Of a stretch of 42,707 bases of DNA, positions 10,040-22,415 are shown one piece after another. Each line of letters opens with the position of its first letter. Within the stretch, counting starts at the first letter, position 1. Source of the DNA: Asterionella formosa (Eukaryota); assembly GCA_002256025.1 (NCBI GenBank), contig NKIB01014536.1, positions 1-42,707 of the forward strand, read 5' to 3'. A program made the position numbers and the translations under genes. The notes under the pieces are model-generated. The model did no database searches. It was not told where the DNA came from and saw nothing but the letters and a program-made list of their open reading frames with translations.

Positions 10040-12050
10040 CTACCCAAGGAATGTTTCTTTCCTCTCCACTCGTCTCAATGTATATTCCTGTCTCGCCCTT
10101 TCCTCCTTCCTCTATTCTGAATCATGTGTCAGGCAGTGCCTACTAATGTTGCGTCTCTTTCCATGCTGTTAGTGTCACTCTGAACTCGCCGACTATTCCG
10201 TTGTTTGATTGTATCATTGTCCATTTACATAAACCATCTTTAGGGATTACCACCGCTGCTATTGACCTTATCAAAACCATGAAACCATTAGGACTTTATC
10301 ATCTCAGTCATCTTCGAATGGGCTGTCCAGGCCGGTGTGCTATGGAATTATTGCTCAATGGAACAAGCGTTATGGGTCTCTCTTTGAATGTCCCTATACC
10401 AGACACATTCTCCTGTCCAATCTGTCTCAAAGAAAAACTACCCTCCTTATCCAGAGGTCCCACTGCTGAATCTCCTTCCAAGGTTCTTGGAAGTCTAATC
10501 CATATGGATTTTGGATTCTATGGTAAACAGTCCTGCCGTGGATTTAAATGCTTCTTAGTAGTCACAGAGGCAATCTCTGATAATTGTTGGACATTTTGTC
10601 GTCAATCTCGCACTACACCAGTGAAACTCATCCTTTGGATCATCCAGCACTTACAGATCCGTACTGGCAACCCCGTGCGCCGTATCTGTATGGATGGGGA
10701 ATTATTTGCTAACCAGACGCTCAAGACCGAGTTGTCTCTGCTGCACATCTCGGTGGAGCCCACTGGCATGTACTCATCCTCGCAAAACGGAAAAGCTGAG
10801 GTCTCCATTAAACTTATTGGACTCACGGCTCAATGTCTCTTATATGTAGCACAAATGGATCCCTCACTATGGTGTTTTGCTGTCACATATGCCACTTTTC
10901 TTCTTAATGTTCGGCCTAGTGATGCCCATAATGGTCGCACCCCTCATGAAGTGTTCCACAAACATGCACCTAATTTATCAATGGCCTTTATTTTTGGCTC
11001 TCCACTCCATGTCAAGAATCGACGCGCCAGTCGGCATCGTCCTGATTCTAATACACTTCTTGGGACTTTTGTTGGTTTCCAAGGGACTGCGCATATCTAC
11101 CAATATATTGGGGATTCCGGCCGGGTTCAATATGCTCATCATGCTGTTGTTGATGAACTTTGTGTTCACAGACTTCCTAGTGATCGGTCTCCAGCAGCAA
11201 AAGCTCTCCTGAATCACTCAGCTGTTGATGCTTCCGTTTCAACACACACGGCCGCTTTGAAAACAGCAATCTCTGATCTTATCCCAAGTTGTTCACCATG
11301 GCTAAATCACGAAATGTCCGTAACAGAAATTTCTGATCTATTACCAGATGAGGCACATGGCTTACTTCTCCATTACCATGCTGACCTAGCACGATGTGAG
11401 ATAATTGGGATTGAACCCAATAGTGCTTTCGGGCGTCGTATGACGAAAGGCCCTATACAAATATTAAAGGGTAGAGTGCTGTTACAGATTAATGGAAATG
11501 ACGTACGCACTATCAATGATGCTGAGGAGATACTTGATGGATATGTCCTTGCTACACATGGGCGTCTTTCTTTAAGTGATCCTCATGATCCACGATTCGT
11601 TCCTGGTATGCTCATCAACCTCACCACGAACGAACTATGACTGGAAAGAAAAATTTTCCTTTGGTGCAGGGGATATCAGTATGCTTCGGTCAGGATTTAC
11701 TGTCTCTTCCATCACTTCTCATCCCAATACACTCTGTCCACGATCATTTCATGAAGCAATGAAAGGACCATTTCGAGGAGAATGGACTGCAGCGCTCTTT
11801 CATCATCTAGATAACTGTCATAGCATTGGGACCTTTGGCGCTCCAGGCCTTCCACCCCATGATGCAACTCTGCTTCCAGCTGTTTTGGTTCTCAAACATG
11901 TGGTGAATTCAGCCAAACAGATAAATGATCACAAAGTTCGGCTAGCTATGTGTGAATGGCAGCTATCAAATTAAAGGAGTGAATTATACTGAATCTTTTG
12001 CTCCCACCATACTCGCCATGTCGATCAAAGTTTTTTTGGTCATTGGCACG
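10040..12050 (+). pseudogene. Copia pol fragment: GAG-pre-integrase, integrase (rve), SH3-like, PDZ-like insert and start of RT
   Basis: HLRMG...CPIC zinc finger; IHMDFG, ICMDGEL and SSSQNGKAE (DDE triad); LWCFAVTYA...N; GTFVGF. After a frameshift: PRSFHEAM...EW...HKVRL..NGSYQIKGVNYTESFAPT (RVT_2 start), truncated at ~12050. Confidence 0.9.
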
Positions 12051-12051
12051 T

Positions 12052-12907
12052 ATATGCATTACAATTTCTAAATCAACATTTGGTGGCATGTGGATTAAAA
12101 AGTTGAGAGAATGTCAGAATGTATTGAATAATCAATTTAAAGGAATCTTAGGTAAGTTCTTGCAAGGAGATGCTCCGAAAGCATGATGTTTTGAGTCGGT
12201 GATTATGTTCTTATCAAATTATGTTTCAATTTAAAAATGCTAACATAATTCATGAAACACCAGCTGGTCTTACAGAATATAACTTCCAGACTATGGATAT
12301 TGATGACTTTATTAGGTGGGCGTTCACGCTTTATCGTTTTGCGCAGTCAAAGGAAATTGACAGGGGAAGCCATGGATACCAAGTCTGGCGTGATGTTCTT
12401 GCTCCAGTGTATTTTATAGGTAGCTAGGACAAGTCGTGGAGAACCATCTCTAACAGGAGACAAATCTGGTGTGACCAAATTTCAACTCAGTCTTCGGGCA
12501 CAGTGTGAATTGCAATTACGTTTTGTTGGTTCGCTGATAAACGCCAGTACAGAATCATTTTGCTTCTTGGTGCTGAAAGGCAAATTCCGATTGCAACAAA
12601 AATATTTGGGTTTCAATCCAGATACGCAGGAAATTTCAGAGAACGACATTCGTCATTCAACTTTTTTTGTCGACATTTGTGGGAAACCACTTATCAAAAA
12701 AGTGTGAGGGAAGAAAGTTCAGTTTCAAATGGTCTCACTGATCAATGGACTGATGATTTACTCGTTGTCTTTATTATAAGTAAATGTACACTGGACTTTC
12801 ACAAAAGAATCGATCTGAATATGGAAGGAATCCTAGTGGAATTGCTACTTCCACCACAAATATCATCTACTAACCACACTCACACTACTTCTCATTTCCC
12901 AACGTAA
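12052..12907 (+). pseudogene. Degraded coding-like segment of unknown identity inside the transposon block
   Basis: Chain of overlapping plus-strand ORF fragments (11998-12186, 12221-12427, 12471-12707, 12560-12907). No motif confidently recognised. Confidence 0.35.
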
Positions 12908-13337
12908 GTGAAGAGGATATGCATCAATATGTTGAACCACTTCAACCAAATGTTGCTTCCTGCGAAGAATCTTGATTACAATGACCGCATTAATCAAAAG
13001 GACATTGATGACAACTTTGATTTTGAATGGAATTAATAGAATCCAACAATGCATACTTAGTTACATAATAAATATAGTTAGTGAGACTTCTACAAAGCAA
13101 ACCATATCATAGATGTTAAGACAACATAGACGCTGCTCTATACTAGTATTGCCGCCTGCACTATACTACTATGATGTAGCGGTATTCCTCCACTTTTACT
13201 ACTATGGGGGAGTGATAATTTCATGACTCTGTATTGTCCAGCACAGCATGTTCGGAGTGATGCCAAATTTATTATTATTAATTCATTTTTATTCTATCCT
13301 GTTCATATCCTGACTTGGTCATCATTTTAAATTTGCA

Positions 13338-16300
13338 ATGTCTTTGCGCGCATTGCAATGGTGTTATCTATGTAACTATAAATTTCGGAAGAACAAATCC
13401 CCATCTGGTTTCACAATCGAAATTGTAGCAACCGTGTTTTTTATGCATATGGTCACTGTCGACATTGCATGCAAGAACATCGAGTTCATGGAATACATAA
13501 TGAAAGTATGTATCACGGTAGTGCATCGAATCATTCAAGCAAGGAAAGAAGTTAATGGCAGTGTAACTGCTGCAGCATTTAGGGAGAGTAGACAACAACA
13601 AGATATTATGTGTCCTATCCTTGAATTAAGTGGCCATAATCATCCATTTCATGACGACAGCGATGATTCAGTTTATAACAATATTCAGTCACAACGAGAC
13701 GAACAATTGAGACTAAAAACTCTCCAAGGATTGAATTCAGAAACCATGCAATATTCAGATTTTCAATATCACACCGGCTATCTCCCTGAAAATGCAATGG
13801 AAATGCCCCTTCCTCCTCCTCAATTTCAACTTCCAAGTAAACATTCTCTAAACATGCATCCAATCGAATAAGAACTCATGTTATTCCTTAACGAGAATTA
13901 CCTTCCACCAGTTTAATTTGATCATCTAATGAAATGGCTGTTCAAGGCAAAAGCAATGAAATATTTTGATGGAAGGAGGTATCAAGCTCCATCCTACCAG
14001 ACTTTGAAAAAACGCATGGATATTTCATTTCCACCAACATTAGCTGGTGGTCAACTGTTGACCAAACAAATACAGATTGATAACAATTCAAACATGATCA
14101 TCCCACGCACACTCCATTATTTCGAACCAGTACAGCTCCTGGCAGGATTGTTACGTGATCCCGATATCATGCAACATTTTGTATGCCACCCACAAGTGAA
14201 ACTTACAACGTGTGGAGAACGCATATATGACGAAGTAACTTCCGCGACTTGGTTTGAAAATCCATTCAACAATTCTCCTGCATCATAAAATGGAGTGTTG
14301 AAGAAAGGGTGTTTATTTGTTGCCCTAGCAGTTTTCAGTGATGGTTCACCTATTGATAAACAAATGAAACATTCCGAGCATCCGTTTTCGTTGACAATGT
14401 TAAGCTCAACGTTAGAAGGAAGGAATGTAAAAAGTTGATGGATGGCAATTGGTATCTCTTTTGCCAGACATTGAAGTCAGTGATCTGGAGAAACAAATGA
14501 ATAATAAGTTATCTGATGACGAGTTGTCCTTATGTAGACTCAAGTTATACTATTCTGTTACAGGATTTCTATTGTCGCCTTTCGAAGATCCAAACAAGTC
14601 ATACGATATTTTGGTTCATTTTTTTGGTATGACAAAATTTTATTTCCAGATTGGAATGATCATTGGTGATACAGAAGAGCACAACAAGCAAAATTTGTGG
14701 TTTCAGGGGTGGTAATGGATTATATCGACGATATGTTTGTCGTGATTGCCTGGTTGCAACTGAAGATGCTGATAATCCCGATATTGGATGTGAACGTTGT
14801 AAAGTGTCAGAAGTTAAAAAAGTTTTAAACAAATTTCTTGAAAAAAATGCATATCCAGATGAGTAATTACCATGTATCCCACCTGGGAATGGTGTCTCCC
14901 AATCTAATGGCAAATACACAACAGCAAACAAGTGGTGCCGTGTTATATCGCATAATCCTATTATGCCTGCACTAATAAATAATTTTTTGGTGGTGACTTA
15001 GAAGGATTATTTGGTGCAACTCCATTTGCGGTTCTTCATCATTTACTACTTGGAATAGCTATTTAAGTACATTTTGGAATCATTGTACAATTATCGGACA
15101 ATCCCTGAAGAATGGACATGTTTTTTTAAACAAAGAAAGTCACCAGATATTCCAGAGAACATCCCTGATCAGAAATGTTGCACTGAAAAAACAGACATTG
15201 CTTTTCTTGATCAAGAGCAACAGATGAAACGGGCAAAGACCAAAAAGGACACACGCACCAGTTACCAAAAATATCTACACTGGCAAAAATCAAGACCCAA
15301 CACTTGTACCAGCACCAGAAATGTATTTTCGACACTATACTTTGAACAAAGTGCTAGATATATCAATATTCATTTGGAAAGGCAAAGCGATCGTGATATT
15401 CCAAAATTGTCGTACAGATTTGGGATGACAGCTTTGTCAAAAATGTCAGGGCAAGAAATTCCCGGATTATGCCTGTTCACTTTTTTTTCAATAGGTGGAA
15501 TGATGGGTTCAGAGAACATGCACCTAGAAAAGGATTTCACATTGCTGTTATGGTTATGTATTTTTATTAATGACACTTTATTCATACCGCAGTATACATC
15601 AACATGTATTGATATTTTAGAGGAGAGGGTTAAGAGATTTATGTCAGTTACTAAGATTATGATTGGTCCCCAACGAGAAATGATATATCAAATTGGCTTA
15701 CGAATGGCAAAATTTCATGGAATGAAACATTACCCTCATCTGATTAGGAAGTTCGGATCTCCTCTTAATTTCTTTGGTGGACATTTGGAGTCTTTTTTGA
15801 AAGGCAAATTGAAATGACCCAGTAAGCGTGTCAATGGACAATTACATCGATTAAAGCATGACATTTTAACAAGCTCATATGAAACAAGGCAGTTTTCCTT
15901 GGTACGAATATTTTTTTTGCAAGTGATTCATTACATACAGAAAACAAACAGAAGAAGATGAGTAAGGTAGTACATATGAATGTAACTGAGGGTATTTCAA
16001 CAGAAATTGATTTCGAAGGAATGATTCCGGATACAAGGATGTTGCCTAGTACGTCGCCTGATAATCTGGGAATATCGCCTACCAAGATCCATTCACCATC
16101 CCTTCCTGTTAAAGTTCAATTCTCTGCTTCATCATCAAATGGTCTATGCAATATAGCAGGAGTCCCTAATAAGATTGGGCATGTATCACGGAGTAAGGAT
16201 GCACCCTTGTCTCAATTGGTTCATCCTGATTTACCAAAGGGGGCCAACTATGTAAAGAGCATTGCGAATTCAGCAATAGAAATAGCAAGAATAAAAAGTC

Positions 16301-16871
16301 TTGAAGATGGGGTTGGGCATGTTTCCATTGTAAGGATTGAATTTTATTATCGTGTTAAAATTGAAAGTAACGTTCCTGGCCAAACTACTATTCTCAGATG
16401 CCTTCCGAAATGGAATAATGATTCAAATGCAGGAATCTCTGGTCGTGAATGGTTTGACTGGGTTGAAGTGAACTGGGAGAAAGGATATGGATCAAGTTCC
16501 TACAAAGTTCCGGCAAAACCACTTCTTTGGGGAAATGTTATTTTCTCCAACACAACAACGATTCTCTTAGCTAGCGTGTATTCGTTCCTTGAAAAGTTCA
16601 ACTGAAATGAAAATTCATGAACGACACCTTATGCAATGATACAACTGATTTGAGCGTTGTTGAATTTCATAACATACTTTCGGCAGCATTTGTTGTTCCT
16701 GCTTTGAAAGCACAGGAATCAAGGAAATCTCTGAAACCGCAAGAAGTTTTGGAACAGGCAAATACGGAAAGAAAATTTTTATGTTGCCATCATGCCTCCA
16801 CGTCATTTATGGTAATCAATCGGGTGGGACGAAAAACTTACAAGCGAACGTTGATAAATACACAAGAATAA
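13338..16871 (+). pseudogene. Plavaka-type (CMC/EnSpm-related) transposase, multiply frameshifted
   Basis: Collinear motifs across fragments: ERIYDEVTSATWF; ALAVFSDGSPIDK...HPFSLT; IIGDTEEH..ICG...CRDC; VLHHLLLG; AKFHGMKHYPHLIRKFGSPLNF.G..ESFLK...K.P; LRC.P.W...WFDWVEVNW. Confidence 0.75.
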
Positions 16872-16991
16872 TATAAATAATAGTGATAATATTGTTCACA
16901 TGCATACTAGTCAAGATATTAGAAGGTTTTCACAAACTAAAATGTCCTGAGGAATGATGAGATTGCATGGCTGATCCAGATGGTCCGTCCA

Positions 16992-19455
16992 TTATTTGTT
17001 CTTTTTCACTCCCGAAGAACCTACGATGGTCCTTCTCGTTTCATCCGAAAGTTTTCTTCTCCACTTTTCAACTGCAGTTCGATATGAGTCTGTAAAATTT
17101 TTCAATTTTATTCCAGAAGGGCCATCATCAGTTACAAAATATTTTTTCATTTTTTTTGTCAACTTTGATGCATCCAGAAATTTGGCCAAGAGGTGCATGA
17201 TTATACCATTTGAAGGGAGCAACTTTTTCATTCATTTGTTGGATCATGGATTTCACGTTGACAACATCATCCTTCTTGAAAGAAGAACTGCAAGGAACTC
17301 GTCCAAATACTTCGTTCAACATTTTAAATCTAAATAGGAGGTCAAAATTTTGTCGATACAAAATTGAAGAACAGTTATTTCCAACTGAAACATATCCTCA
17401 CGAATGTTTGTCGTTGTCACTTGAGGCCAAACTTTTCCAAGATGAAAGTATGTTGACTTGGTTGGTGGGTCAGATGTAACAGATAACAAATCGTCTGTTC
17501 GATCAGTTGCTACCACCTGACGTTTTAAAACTTTTCAGGACTCCGTCTCCAAACGGAATTGTGCAGCTCCGGTTGCCAAGAAATTTGGTTTTGCCATTCC
17601 TTTCTAGTTGCAATAGAGTTTCCGATACTTTCACAATTGTAAAAGGTCCACATGACCATCCACTATCATCTTCTGGTTGAAATAACATGGAATCATATTC
17701 AATGGCCATAATGATCTGCAATGGTGCTTTGGTGCCAGTATAGAAAGACTCCGATAAACCAATTTCTTCAGGTGTATGGTATTCTTGTGGAAGATATCCT
17801 GTATCGGTGCATAAAAATTCCAATTGTTTTGTGCATCCAGGGATGATGCAGTACTTACGGGCAAGGTGAAATACTTGATCATAATGTTCATCCAAACTTG
17901 CATCTTTTCCTGGATCACGGACTTGACATAATCCATCATTTATAGCAAAAGATAATGCACAAAATGGTTGTTTTCCTCCTCATCTGATCTTTTGCAATAA
18001 ACAACTAGCACATAGTTACTGTCATGATGAAGTGAATGACAATCACCTTGGTGTATATGCGGTTAGTCATTACTACCCTTTTCTGAGTTCTTATCCAGAT
18101 CAAATATAGCTAACCTTTACATCAGTTGGATGAAGTTCATGAATTATATAATGGATCATAGAGGTAATTGTTTCAAGGTCCCAATATGCAAGATCTTTAA
18201 AATCTGAAGATGATTTTTTTATACCTTTGACTTCATAAAATACGGAGGCGTAATTGCATATTTCTTGTGGGGTACATGTACAAATCTTTCCACAATTTTG
18301 AGTTGTCCATGCGTTTTCGGCAAACTCGAAGAAAATGCCGTTTGCTTTGGCATAATAACTCTACACATTTCACATGCCGACTCTTCACAAAAGTAGCTAG
18401 CTGCCTTCAGGATTGTTCTCGATGATTTTACAGAGAAATTCTTTTTCTTCCATGTATGATTTGGAAAAAGATTCAATTTTGTGCTTCAAACTTCGTTCCC
18501 GACTCAGTGCATCAACTGGCTGCCTTAGCCAGCATCACATCTCTGTCTGCGTTGATCTTCTTGAATTCGATGTCTTGATCTAGCTCGGACTTTTTCTGAA
18601 TATCTTTTCTTTTAGAAATGCAATAGTTTCTCTGCTGTCATGATGTTCATCTTGATGTTCTGGACGAATAGTGAGACATATTTCTTGGTTTTGCAACTTT
18701 TCAACCATTTCTACTTCAGAAGTGATGTCTCCAAAATTTCTGCCGGTATTTTCATTCATCGCATGAATTTGTTCATCAAATGAATGAGAATCACTGAGTT
18801 CTTCTTCATTATCAGTGATTTCAGGAGAATGAGGAGCAAAATACGACACTGGATGGAACTGTGACTCTGTAGGAATAGAGTCTTCATCCGCGAAGAACAA
18901 CTGTTTGGGTTTCCTCGGATCTTCGAAAGCAATCTTTCCTTCTTTTCAATCTCTGCCACTATTGTATCGGCATACTTCATTACTTTTTCTGGAGTATTAT
19001 GAATCTGTTCAAATTCATCTGATATTTGGGTGCATTCAAAGGAATCTTCGATTGATTTCATAAGTTTCTTCATAGTATTCTTTTCCGAAAACTTAAAGTC
19101 GTGTAGTAGTGTAAACAATGGAAGTAAGTCACGTTTCTTGTTTGACTGATCCTTTGCATGAAATCCATGAAATGCCATTTGGAAAGTTTTCAAAGGGCCA
19201 GAAGACTATGATGTAAAACAGTGGAAGGGAAACGCGGAGCTTTTTGCGGCGCTTGTGGAGGTGCAGCTGGTGTGATGGTAACCGAGTGTAGTAATTGTTG
19301 AACAGAGCACAGCAGTGTAATATGCATGGTGTTCGGCCAGTGTAGTGTTTACACAATACACATGCCGGCATAAATACAGCTATAACAAGGAAAAACGACA
19401 CAACAATGAACATGATGGCTGGTTGTTGAGGATACTGGTATGTGATATGCATCAA
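16992..19455 (-). pseudogene. Accessory gene with a Ulp1/C48-like cysteine peptidase domain, frameshifted
   Basis: Minus strand: YVLVVYC...NNHF (His codon 17964-17966), then after a frameshift ALSFAINDGLCQVRDP (Asp 17914-17916), then FQPEDDSGWSCGPF (Cys 17650-17652). This is the H-D-Q-C order of clan CE proteases. Upstream fragments are acidic or helical. Confidence 0.62.
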
Positions 19456-19666
19456 TCCATATCACAAATCATATTATAGTGATGTACATATCAACGCATC
19501 CGTATACTTAGATCCTATACACCGAATAATACTATCATAGAAACTGTTGGCTTTTACTGTTTTCATTAAAAGTCGAATTTATATATAAGTAACATAATTA
19601 TGATTTTTTTCTGTGATGTATCGATAACACTTGCATACATATTTTATCGTATTTTATTGTCATTGC

Positions 19667-20120
19667 AGAAGACTACGTTGAGTGTCTGCAAGGATGGGCC
19701 AAGACCATCGAGTACCACGACAGCGGCACCGTGGCAGCAAGAAATTACAAACTGGTGCCCCTCAAGGATGAGGTCGGAAACGGGCGTAGCATTGAGGAGC
19801 GAAAGGAAATCGCGCGTGAACGCACCCTCGCAATCGCTTTGATTCGCCGTGCTGACCCCACCAGCCAGGTATGGCACCCTCATCACTAACCTCCTATCAA
19901 ACCAGTATGCAATGGGAAATGACCAGTACCCCACCGATTTTCTGTCCGCCCAAAACCTGCTCTTCAACTGCAGAACTCCAACGAATACCAATGCCAGGAT
20001 GGATACACCATGCGCCCAGCCGACTGACTGGAAGCATTGAGGCCAGTGCGATGACCACGTTTGCACAACGCGGCGCAGTTGCAGGCAACAATAAAGTGGT
20101 AGACTACATGACGGCATCAC
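19667..20120 (+). pseudogene. Copia (CoDi-type) gag C-terminal part, degenerate
   Basis: EDYVECLQGWAKTIEYH...RIARERTLAIALIRRADP.RYGTLITNLLSNQYAMGNDQYPTDFLSAQNLL. Same strand and family as the gag start at 9417. Confidence 0.75.
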
Positions 20121-20249
20121 CTGTTAATACTCTCAATCAAATTTTATAGTACGTTAAATCTAAACATAAAATCGCACTTGTGCCTAGTCGACACAGCTGG
20201 AATAATCTAGGGGTGTCTCAAGCAAACTCTTGGTCTTCGTCCCTCCATT

Positions 20250-21400
20250 TGTTCGAATCGCTGTGTCAGGCGAAGCCAAGCTCCGTCTCCCAGAGGTGAT
20301 TGATCACCCTCATCCCATGCTCTTATAGACATGTCAACTGTTTGAATCCATAGCATCTTTTGGAGCAGAGTATGTCTTTGTTTTCTGACATTACATGGTA
20401 GCAGGAACAGTGATTGTTCAATGAATCGCAGCTACCTTTGGCTTGTCTGTGTATAACAGAGATATCGCCTGATCAAGCTCTTGGGTCAACCTCTTATCCT
20501 TCTCCTCATCGGAGATGCCGTACACCAATGAATTTCGAGTAGTCCAGCACGCAATCCCAAAATTCCACAAACCCTCAATCAATTGAATTGTTCATTGTTC
20601 GTCTAATTCCGGATCGTTGTGGAGAGCTCGTGCCCTTATATATAGTGCATTAGCTTTTCCCCAAAGAATGCTGATGCGTCCCCTCACTGCTTGATCCCAA
20701 CCTATATCCTGTTGGTTTAAGAATGCCTCAAAGGTAGCCTGAGCAATTGCAGCATCCTCTGGCGCCGGGGCAAATTCAACTAAATCAAAGAGTTGCATCA
20801 ATGAAATAAAGGCCAAGCCTGCTCATTTGCAATGGCATGCATGGTCACCCTTGAGTTGGCGCGGTGGCAGGGATTTGCCACAAAAATGCAGCATACCCTA
20901 TTCCTCAAAAGTGGATCATCTATCATGAACCCTGCGAATTATTGAATAGCAACAGTCTATCAGTAGGTAGATGTAATTCTGAGACAACAGCAGCAAGTAG
21001 ACACACACTCACCATTCAACTGTATTCTTGCAGAGTTCTATTATTGGAATCGAGGTAGCTGCTGGCACCACGTTCTAAAGTTTCGCATAGTAACAAAGTG
21101 TTGTTAAATAGTTCAGTAGAAATACAGCAGCAGCCATCATGACAAACACGCCAAGGCACACTAACAATTCATGATTTGCGGAGCCCTGTTATATGATATT
21201 AACACAGAATCAAATAACGACAATACTCAATCCTGATTTCATCCGAATGCTCCTGCATTGAAAGGTTTTGCTGCAATGTCAATTGAATTTATAGGAAGAT
21301 TAGTGTGAGTTATCAGTAGTGTTGCTCATATAGTAGCCGTCATCTTAGCGCAGTAATCTTACCTGAACAATTTTCATTCTGGACCTCATTGTACCTGTTG
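20250..21400 (-). mobile_element. Non-LTR (LINE) retrotransposon 3' ORF remnant
   Basis: QQDIGWDQAVRGRISILWG followed by LWNFGIACWTTRNSLVYG, i.e. the Q-x2-IGW-x5-GR-x4-W and W-x2-RN motifs at the C-terminus of diatom LINE ORFs. Ends are approximate. Confidence 0.65.
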
Positions 21401-21842
21401 CCAAAAACAATGTGTGAGCTGACAAGACATACTACTAGCATTTAGATACACAACAAAAACATGTTAGTCTAGCTGCTAAAGAGCCAGTAGGGGGTTGATT
21501 GTTGGCCGCATTGCTTGCTTACTTTTTCACCATGCTTATTGTTGTGTTTGTGGACCCTGCTGCATGGCAAAACTCCTGGCGTGGCCTGGATTCTCTCGTT
21601 GTACCATAACACGGTACATTCTACCAGAAAACACTGGCACAGTCTTGCTAAATGTTTCGTCTGGTCCAAATTCTGTATCTACAAGCGTAAATTGTTAGAA
21701 TAGCATATCATTGTTAATCCTACTAGCTGACTATCATTGTGCCTTTTATGATATATATTTTATGTGTATGTACATCAGCCAGTACGGCAGACTCTCCTTG
21801 ATTATCATTCAATCATGCAATTAAGTGATAGGAGGTAACAAG

Positions 21843-21992
21843 CATAATATAAAACACCTGTTGACACAATCACAACAATACCATATGCCACTGGACACAG
21901 AGAAACTATTTACCAAACATAATATAAAACACCTGTTGACACAATCATAACGATACCATTTGCCGCCGGACACAGAGAAACTATCAACCAAA
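21843..21992 (+). repeat. 75-bp tandem duplication (2 copies)
   Basis: cataatataaaacacctgttgacacaatca...ggacacagagaaactat at 21843 and 21918. Confidence 0.9.
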
Positions 21993-22246
21993 TAATATTC
22001 TACTATTGTCTGGCTGCTCTATGAATTTATTTCATACCCTGTTGGATATACTGCTCAAGGCAATACACGGCCGCCCAAGGTGGTCTCATGCCTGCGAGTA
22101 CACATGTGTACGACGAGAAGGCATGTAGCCACCGAGAAGGGTATTGCTGAGGCAATTCACAAACTAGCTATCGTCGCACCATTCGCTTACCTACTGACCA
22201 CTCATCGAGTGTAAATGTCAATTTTAGCTCACTATAGCCCATCATA

Positions 22247-22345
22247 TAAAATATATTTCGTATATTTCCTATCTTCACATCGAAATTTGCAATGGGTCCG
22301 ATATTGCGCATCATTAAAATATATTTTGTATATTTCCTATCTTTG
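22247..22345 (+). repeat. Short direct repeat (aaaatatattt.gtatatttcctatctt, 2 copies)
   Basis: Two ~28-bp copies about 68 bp apart. Confidence 0.7.
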
Positions 22346-22415
22346 AATTTTGGCATTACAATTTGTAGCAATTGCCCCTCGGTTGTCCAGCCCTGGGATT
22401 GCCGAAATTGGCAAG

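Larger units (their letters stand above)
9598..19668. mobile_element. ~10 kb composite block: decayed Plavaka/CMC-like DNA transposon with Ulp1-like cargo and a nested Copia pol
   Basis: Interrupts collinear Copia gag pieces (9417-9600 and 19667-20120). Both ends are AT-rich and TATC/GATA-rich. Only a short inverted match at the junctions (CTGCAA 9598 / TTGCAG 19663). Boundaries are inferred. Confidence 0.55.

Noticed and set aside
19644..20120. 158-aa minus-strand ORF
   Set aside because: Antisense to the recognisable Copia gag remnant.
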